From Alkalispirochaeta sp. (lineage in GTDB: Bacteria > Spirochaetota > Spirochaetia > DSM-27196 > Alkalispirochaetaceae), in the NCBI GenBank assembly GCA_965242725.1, contig CBDESZ010000034.1, forward strand, positions 1-64,000: DNA of 64,000 bases, given 5' to 3'. Positions within the stretch are counted from its first letter, which is position 1, and every line of letters starts with the position of its first letter. Position numbers and translations under genes: made by a program. Positions 58,058-64,000 of the stretch are shown here, piece by piece. The notes below the pieces were generated by a model. It was given only the letters and a program-made list of their open reading frames with translations, had not been told where the DNA came from and made no database searches.

Positions 58058-59569
58058 ATGCCTGACACTGCCGGCGGCTCCTCTTCATTGTTCAGACGGT
58101 TGCGCGTCCTATCCATACCCATCATGCTCACCAACCTGCTGCAAATGACCTACAATTTGGTGGATGCGTGGTTTCTCGGCCGTCTCGGAGCGGCCGCCGT
58201 CTCCGCGCCGGCGCTCTCGTTCAGCTTTATCATGTTTCTTGCCGTGTTCGGGATGGGGTTTTCCATGGCGGGGACGACCCTTGTTGCCCAGGCTAAGGGC
58301 GCTTCTCGCCCGGATCGCGTCAATTTCTACGCCTCCCAGACGGTATCCATTGTCGGTTTGATTGGACTCATGGCGGGTATTATCGGGGTGTCCCTGACGA
58401 CCCCGCTGCTTCATGTGTTGCGCGCTCCCCGGGAGGCGTTCGACTACGCCCAGGTCTACATGCGTATTGTCTTTTCCGGGATACCGGTCATGTTTTTCTT
58501 CTTTATCGTCCAGGCTCTCCTGCACGGAACAGGCGACTCCATGACTCCCCTGCGGATTCAGCTTATTACCGTCGTGATCAACGTAGTTCTGGATCCCCTC
58601 CTTATTTTCGGTTTCGGTCCCATACCGGCGATGGAGGTTGCCGGTGCGGCGACGGCAACGGTCATCAGCCGATCCGCAGCAGCGATATTTTCGTTGATGG
58701 TTCTCATTCGGGGACGACACGGTGTGCGTATTCTTCCGGTCTACATGCGTCCCCGCCGGGAAGCATTCAGTCAGTTTATGGAAATCGGGCTTCCCGCCTC
58801 CCTGGGACAGGGCGTTTCAGCGCTGGGCTTTACCGTTCTGCAGGGGGTGGTGAACAGCTTCGGCGTCTCGGTGGTTGCCGCATTTGGAATTGCCAACCGG
58901 ATAATCGGGCTGTTCAACATGCCCGCCGTCGGTCTGTCCAAGGCCACCGCAGCGATCGTCGGTCAGGAACTGGGCGCCGGACGTCCGGAAATGGCACGAC
59001 ACGCCGTGCGCCTGAGCGTTCTGTCGATGCTGGCTTTGATTATACCGGGAATGACCTTTACGTTTTTTTTCGGCAACGCTATGGTGCGGTTCTTTGTGGA
59101 CGATCCGGAAGTGATCGCCCACGGCGCGCTCCTCTTCCGCATCGTTTCAGTCTCGGTCGTCCCGTTTACCCTCTTTACCGTCATTAACGGCGCCTTTGAA
59201 GGGGGCGGGGTCACCAGGCCGATTATGGTGCTGAGTATTTTCAGGCTCTGGGGTCTCCGCGTTCCCCTGGCGATCATCCTCTCAACCTCCCCCTTTCTTG
59301 GTGCGAACGGAATCTGGATTGCCATGTTCATTTCCAATATCGTCACCGCGACGTGGGGATTTCTCTGGTTACGCAGGGGCAGCTGGTTACGGAGGATTGA
59401 GCTCGTCCCGGGAGACGCCGCAACGGGGAATCGGGCTGACGCGGATTACGGGCCGGCGGATTCTGCAATCCCGAATTCTGCGGTAACTGCTGCCACGGCG
59501 GTCGCCGCTCCCGTGGTCACGCCCGCTGCAACGCCCTCTACTCCGGCGAAACACCCGCCATCTTCTTGA
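58058..59569 (+). CDS. MATE family efflux transporter
   Basis: PIMLTNLLQ..YNLVD, G.GDS.TP, N.VLDPLLIFG and GQ.LGAG motifs; 12 TM segments. Confidence 0.92.
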   Translation: MPDTAGGSSSLFRRLRVLSIPIMLTNLLQMTYNLVDAWFLGRLGAAAVSAPALSFSFIMFLAVFGMGFSMAGTTLVAQAKGASRPDRVNFYASQTVSIVGLIGLMAGIIGVSLTTPLLHVLRAPREAFDYAQVYMRIVFSGIPVMFFFFIVQALLHGTGDSMTPLRIQLITVVINVVLDPLLIFGFGPIPAMEVAGAATATVISRSAAAIFSLMVLIRGRHGVRILPVYMRPRREAFSQFMEIGLPASLGQGVSALGFTVLQGVVNSFGVSVVAAFGIANRIIGLFNMPAVGLSKATAAIVGQELGAGRPEMARHAVRLSVLSMLALIIPGMTFTFFFGNAMVRFFVDDPEVIAHGALLFRIVSVSVVPFTLFTVINGAFEGGGVTRPIMVLSIFRLWGLRVPLAIILSTSPFLGANGIWIAMFISNIVTATWGFLWLRRGSWLRRIELVPGDAATGNRADADYGPADSAIPNSAVTAATAVAAPVVTPAATPSTPAKHPPSS

Positions 59570-60404
59570 GGAGCGCAATTTCCTCGGGCCACTTATCGGT
59601 GTCCGGTGTCTCAAGAATGAAGGGTTTACCGTCCAGACGGGTGTCTTCCATGATGGCACGGAAGCCGTCAAGACTGATGTTGCCTTTTCCGATCGGCTCG
59701 TGGCGGTCCTTGTTGCTTCCCAGCTCACCCTGAGAGTCATTCAGGTGAAGGGCCACAAGCTTTTCCAGTCCCAGCAGTCGATCCACCTCGGTGATGAGCT
59801 CATCCCACCCCTCGGGCGAGGCAATATCATAACCGGCCGCATAGGCGTGACACGTATCGATACAGATCGCCGTTCGATCCGGATGCCTGACCAGTTCGAT
59901 GATCCGGGCGAGTTGCGCAATATTCCGTCCCATCGCAGTACCCTGGCCGGCGGTATTTTCAAGAACCAGCACACCGCCTTCCACCTTTTCCATGACGCGA
60001 TCCATGCCGTCGGCGATGCGGCGCAACGTCTCATCGTCGTCAAGTTCGCCCTTTGAAGTACCGGGGTGAAAGTTGAGCCACCGCAATCCGAGCTGGACCG
60101 TCCGGTCTAGCTCATCGGCAAGACCGGTGATGGACTTGTCCCGCACTTCGTCGCCTGGACTGCCGAGGTTCACCAGGTAACTGGCGTGGGGAATCACGTG
60201 CTGCCAGGAATAGCCGGAATCGTTCATTGCGCCGTGGAAGGCCTGAATGGTCTCTTCCGTATAGGGCTTGGCGTGCCACTGGCGCTGGTTGCGGGTAAAA
60301 AGGGAAAACGCGGTCGCTCCAATCTCCTTCGCATTGCCCGGGGCGTTGTTCACTCCACCTGCGGCGCTTACATGGGCGCCGACAAAAACTGTTCGTGTAC
60401 TCAC
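59538..60404 (-). CDS. nfo: Endonuclease IV
   Basis: GAHVSAAGG, HASYLVNL, FHPG, LENTAGQG, CIDTCH, HLNDS, DRH and ILETP motifs; GTG start. Confidence 0.95.
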   Translation of the reverse strand: MSTRTVFVGAHVSAAGGVNNAPGNAKEIGATAFSLFTRNQRQWHAKPYTEETIQAFHGAMNDSGYSWQHVIPHASYLVNLGSPGDEVRDKSITGLADELDRTVQLGLRWLNFHPGTSKGELDDDETLRRIADGMDRVMEKVEGGVLVLENTAGQGTAMGRNIAQLARIIELVRHPDRTAICIDTCHAYAAGYDIASPEGWDELITEVDRLLGLEKLVALHLNDSQGELGSNKDRHEPIGKGNISLDGFRAIMEDTRLDGKPFILETPDTDKWPEEIALLKKMAGVSPE

Positions 60405-60516
60405 AATTACATTGTGCCCCGTGTTCCCTCTTGTCGCAAGTAAACAGTATTGGAGTTTCCACGCCGAAGTGAGAATATCTATCACATTATTACAGGAGGT
60501 GGTATAATTTCGGCGG

Positions 60517-61947
60517 GTGGGGAACAATTTGGCACGAGATCACACCGATAGTCGCTATGACGTACTCTTTACCGACCCGGACCTCACCTCCGCCTTGCGT
60601 CAGATCGGCGTTTTCGTCTCCAACTACCGCACCGGTGCCAACGTCCCGAGCAACCTCTGGATAGAACAGGGACTGTCGTCGGCGGATACCGGAGAAAATC
60701 TCGCGTGGTTGTCACAGGTTCACATAGACGATTCCCAGCGTGTACGCCGCGCGGTTACCGCCGTCCTGTCCGGTGAAAAAGACTCCTTTGAAGAGATATT
60801 TCGCTTTCGCCGTCCCGACGGATCCTACCGGTGGGTCGTCATTCGCGGTACGGCGATCACCAAGGATGAAAAAGGGCGGGCAGCCTACTTCATCGGCGTG
60901 GATATCGATATCAGCAGCTTCAAATCGGTGGAACAACAGCTTCAGCGACAGAACGACCAGCTGGAGACGCTCCACGATATCGCAACCGTCATCGGCGCGT
61001 CGCTGGATCTTGAGGAGACGGTAAACCGAATTCTTGAGGAAACTCGTCGAATCCTTCCCTATAACACCGCCACCGTCCAGCTTCTCGACGAGGGAAAGTT
61101 ACGGGTTATCGGCTGTTACGGTTTTTCCGATCCGGAACGCATTATGAAATTGACCTTTCCCCATCCCGAGCGGGGAAGTCTGAGTACCGTCGCCATAGAC
61201 AGTCGCCGCCCCTGTTATTCCGGCGACGTGGAACGTGATTTTCCCGCCTTTGTCCAACCGATACCGGACCGGCCGGTCCACTCCTGGCTTGGAATTCCCC
61301 TCATTCGACACGACCAGGTATTTGGCCTCGTCGCGGTGGACAGTTTTGCAAAGGATACCTACACGGAGGAACATGTACGGCTCGCGGCGACGATCGGCGA
61401 CCACATTGCGGTTGCCCTGGAGAACGCCCGCCTCCACGATGAGACGTATCAAATGGCAATGTCCGATTCGTTGACCGGCACGGGGAGTCGACGTCGCTTT
61501 CAGGTGGAAGGACGTCTCCTCTTCGAGACGGCCCAGCGGGAAGGTACGCCCCTCTGCATTCTGATGCTTGATATCGACCACTTCAAGGATGTGAACGATC
61601 GGTTCGGCCACGCCGTCGGTGACGTGATTCTCAAGCGTATCGCCGATCGGTGCAGGAACGAACTGCGGGGAAGCGACCTCTTTGCCAGATATGGAGGTGA
61701 GGAGTTCGTCATTCTCCTGCCCGGGTCTACAGTCGGCGATGGAAAAACGCTGGCTCAGCGGATCTGTTCCACCCTCAGGAGTATTGATCATCCCGAAATT
61801 GACCGGCCGGTGACAATCAGTATCGGTGTGGCATGCGTGACGCCGAACCGTCGGGGAAAACTTGACGCCCTGGTACAGCGCGCAGATACCGCCATGTACC
61901 GGGCCAAGACCCGGGGAAGAGACCAGGTCGTCGTCGCCGACCGGTGA
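60517..61947 (+). CDS. PAS-GAF-GGDEF diguanylate cyclase
   Basis: VHIDD...RRPDGSYRW (PAS/PAC); SWLGIPL..VALENARL (GAF); RGSD I-site with RYGGEEF. Confidence 0.92.
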   Translation: MGNNLARDHTDSRYDVLFTDPDLTSALRQIGVFVSNYRTGANVPSNLWIEQGLSSADTGENLAWLSQVHIDDSQRVRRAVTAVLSGEKDSFEEIFRFRRPDGSYRWVVIRGTAITKDEKGRAAYFIGVDIDISSFKSVEQQLQRQNDQLETLHDIATVIGASLDLEETVNRILEETRRILPYNTATVQLLDEGKLRVIGCYGFSDPERIMKLTFPHPERGSLSTVAIDSRRPCYSGDVERDFPAFVQPIPDRPVHSWLGIPLIRHDQVFGLVAVDSFAKDTYTEEHVRLAATIGDHIAVALENARLHDETYQMAMSDSLTGTGSRRRFQVEGRLLFETAQREGTPLCILMLDIDHFKDVNDRFGHAVGDVILKRIADRCRNELRGSDLFARYGGEEFVILLPGSTVGDGKTLAQRICSTLRSIDHPEIDRPVTISIGVACVTPNRRGKLDALVQRADTAMYRAKTRGRDQVVVADR

Positions 61948-62002
61948 TCTTCAGCGGCCGACGGGTGAGTGTCCCTCTTCCCGGCCGGCCGCCGCGAAGC
62001 GG

Positions 62003-63034
62003 TCAGTCCGTACTTGATGCCGACCAGAGGTTGATATTGCTGTCCACCGCAAAGGAATCTATCCGTTTCAGCTCATCCTCCGTCAGCTCGGGAGCCTCGG
62101 TGGCCGCGACATTTTCTTCAATCTGACGGAGACTGCTCGCACCGATGAGGACGGAGGTGACCTCCTTTCTCCGCAGCACCCACGACAGCGCCATTTGAGC
62201 AAGACTTTGGCCCCGCTCCCGGGCGATATCGTTGAGTCCGCGAATGCGGTCGAGCCGTTCCTTCGTCAGCATCTTCCTGCTCAATGCAGTGCCTTCCCGG
62301 CCGGCCCTGGAGTTTTCGGGAACGCCGTTGAGATACTTGTCCGTAAGCATTCCCTGGGCCAGCGGAGAAAAGGCTATGCATCCGATACCCTCATCGGTCA
62401 GCGCATCAAGAAGACCTTCATCTTCAACCCAGCGGTTCAACATGGAGTAGGACGGTTGATGAATAACGACGGGCGTTCCCATTTTCCGCAGGATCGCCGA
62501 TGCCTCCCGCGTCTTTTCCGCTGAATAGGAAGAGATACCTGCGTACAGCGCCTTGCCCTGTCGTACCGCCGTGTCCAGCGCGGACATCGTCTCTTCAAGC
62601 GGTGTGTCCGGGTCGAAACGATGGGAATAAAAGATATCCACATACTCCAGCCCCATGCGCTGCAGACTCTGATCCAGACTGGCCAGGAGATACTTCCGGG
62701 AACCCCATTCGCCGAAGGGTCCGGGCCACATGAGATAGCCCGCCTTGGTTGAAATAATGAGCTCGTCCCGATACGCCTTCAGATCCTGGGCAAAGATCTT
62801 ACCGAAGTTCTCTTCCGCAGAACCCGGGGGAGGACCGTAGTTGTTGGCCAGGTCAAAATGGTATATGCCCAGATCAAAGGCACCGCGGATCATCGTCCGT
62901 GCGTTATCAATTCGGTCCTCATCTCCGAAGTTGTGCCACAGCCCGAGGGAAACTTCCGGAAGGATGAGTCCGCTCCGCCCGCTTCTTCGTCGACTGCACC
63001 GTTCGTATCGTGATTCATTCGCTTTATATTCCAT
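62003..63034 (-). CDS. Aldo/keto reductase (YghZ/Gpr, L-glyceraldehyde-3-phosphate reductase-like)
   Basis: SLGLWHNFG, FDLANNYGPP.GSAE, STKAGY.MWPGP and DIFYSHR motifs. Confidence 0.92.
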   Translation of the reverse strand: MEYKANESRYERCSRRRSGRSGLILPEVSLGLWHNFGDEDRIDNARTMIRGAFDLGIYHFDLANNYGPPPGSAEENFGKIFAQDLKAYRDELIISTKAGYLMWPGPFGEWGSRKYLLASLDQSLQRMGLEYVDIFYSHRFDPDTPLEETMSALDTAVRQGKALYAGISSYSAEKTREASAILRKMGTPVVIHQPSYSMLNRWVEDEGLLDALTDEGIGCIAFSPLAQGMLTDKYLNGVPENSRAGREGTALSRKMLTKERLDRIRGLNDIARERGQSLAQMALSWVLRRKEVTSVLIGASSLRQIEENVAATEAPELTEDELKRIDSFAVDSNINLWSASSTD

Positions 63035-63124
63035 TGACTCAGTGTAGCGCCATCATCACGATTCCATCAACGGAGCGTCCCGTCGGCGTTACCTTCTATC
63101 ACCGAGGTGTGGTAGAATCGAAAC

Positions 63125-64000
63125 ATGACATCGTGGTTAACCGTAGAATTCTGGCAACCGATTATGCAGAGCGTGGTGGAGTGGTTCGTCCGCGTCGTAC
63201 CAGGCATCGCCCTCATTCTCATCATTGCCCTCGTGGCTTCCCGCCTCATGGGGAAGCTGCTGACCCGCATTTCCGCCACAATCACCCACAACCTGAAGAA
63301 ATCGGCAACCACCGACCCTGCAGAACTTGACAAGCGGGTGAACACCCTTACGGGAATCCTGCACGCCGCATTCCGTCTGATTTTCTGGCTCATTGTGGTC
63401 ATGCTCATACTGCGTCGCCTTGGAATAGACGTCGCCCCGATTATCGCCGGCGCCGGCATTCTGGGTCTCGCCGTTGGTTTCGGTGCCCAGGAGCTGGTCA
63501 GGGACTTCATTTCGGGCTTCTTTATTCTCATGGAGGATCAGATCCGCGTAGGCGACGTGGCGATCGTCAACGGGACGGGCGGCGTTGTAGAGCAGGTCGG
63601 TCTGCGGACGATCGTGCTCCGTGACGTTTCAGGGGTTGTCCACGTCTTTCAGAACGGCAAGGTCAACACGCTGTCCAACATGACCAAGGTGTGGTCGGCG
63701 ATGGTCTTTGACATCGGCGTCGCCTACAAGGAAGACACAGACAGGGTCATTGAGACGATGACCTCCGTCGCCGCGGAACTCCGCAAGGACGAGACTCTCG
63801 GGCCGGACATTCTGGAAGACCTCGAAGTCTTCGGAGTCGACTCCTTCGGCGACAGCGCGGTGGTCATCAAGGCACGGTTAAAGACAAAACCGATCCGTCA
63901 ATGGGCAATCGGACGGGAGTACCGACGTCGCCTGAAATATGCCTTTGATGCGGCAGGTATTGAGATACCGTTTCCCCACCGTACGCTATACTGGGGTAAC
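63125..64000 (+). CDS. mscS: Small-conductance mechanosensitive channel (partial, runs off the window)
   Basis: Not in the ORF track; translates MTSWLTVEFW...AGAGILGLAVGFGAQELVRDFISG..EDQIRVGD...GIEIPFPHR. Confidence 0.92.
   Translation, partial: MTSWLTVEFWQPIMQSVVEWFVRVVPGIALILIIALVASRLMGKLLTRISATITHNLKKSATTDPAELDKRVNTLTGILHAAFRLIFWLIVVMLILRRLGIDVAPIIAGAGILGLAVGFGAQELVRDFISGFFILMEDQIRVGDVAIVNGTGGVVEQVGLRTIVLRDVSGVVHVFQNGKVNTLSNMTKVWSAMVFDIGVAYKEDTDRVIETMTSVAAELRKDETLGPDILEDLEVFGVDSFGDSAVVIKARLKTKPIRQWAIGREYRRRLKYAFDAAGIEIPFPHRTLYWGN

Noticed and set aside
60494..60499. AGGAGG upstream of the PAS-GAF-GGDEF gene
   Set aside because: 17 nt from the GTG and upstream of the extended -10 TGgTATAAT, so probably not in the transcript.
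1..64000. CRISPR arrays, tRNA/rRNA genes, prophage or defence islands
   Set aside because: No regularly spaced repeats, cloverleaf or rRNA signatures, or phage genes seen; the PD-(D/E)XK Fe-S nuclease is explained by AddB, not Cas4.

Overview
GC-rich bacterial chromosome segment, most likely from a free-living, salt-adapted spirochaete (inferred from a DUF2259-like protein, eukaryote-type ProRS, a cyclophilin-FKBP fusion, many lipoproteins and very acidic solute-binding proteins). It has about 48 CDS. These include the oadG(partial)AB Na+ pump, a choline/betaine-binding protein divergent from an SDR-betaine aldehyde dehydrogenase operon, an atypical CLC, fabH/fabDGF, addAB, three c-di-GMP enzymes (one frameshifted), an LpoB-COG3014-LPP20-LPP20-FecR envelope cluster, a ROK-regulated alpha-glucoside ABC/GH65 locus, a crtI-like gene, nagZ, proS, avtA, serA, radA, dps, MATE, nfo and mscS (partial). 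Highlights: (1) a 1.3-kb element with perfect 23-bp TA-ended inverted repeats carrying an IS1-like transposase that lacks the canonical third acidic residue; (2) a ~175-nt 6S-RNA-like fold between radA and traB; (3) an SDR occupying the usual position of choline dehydrogenase, with a perfect 18-bp operator; (4) a window-wide signature of leaderless transcription; (5) clear ROK and Fur/PerR-type operators. All calls come from manual motif reading; no database searches were run.
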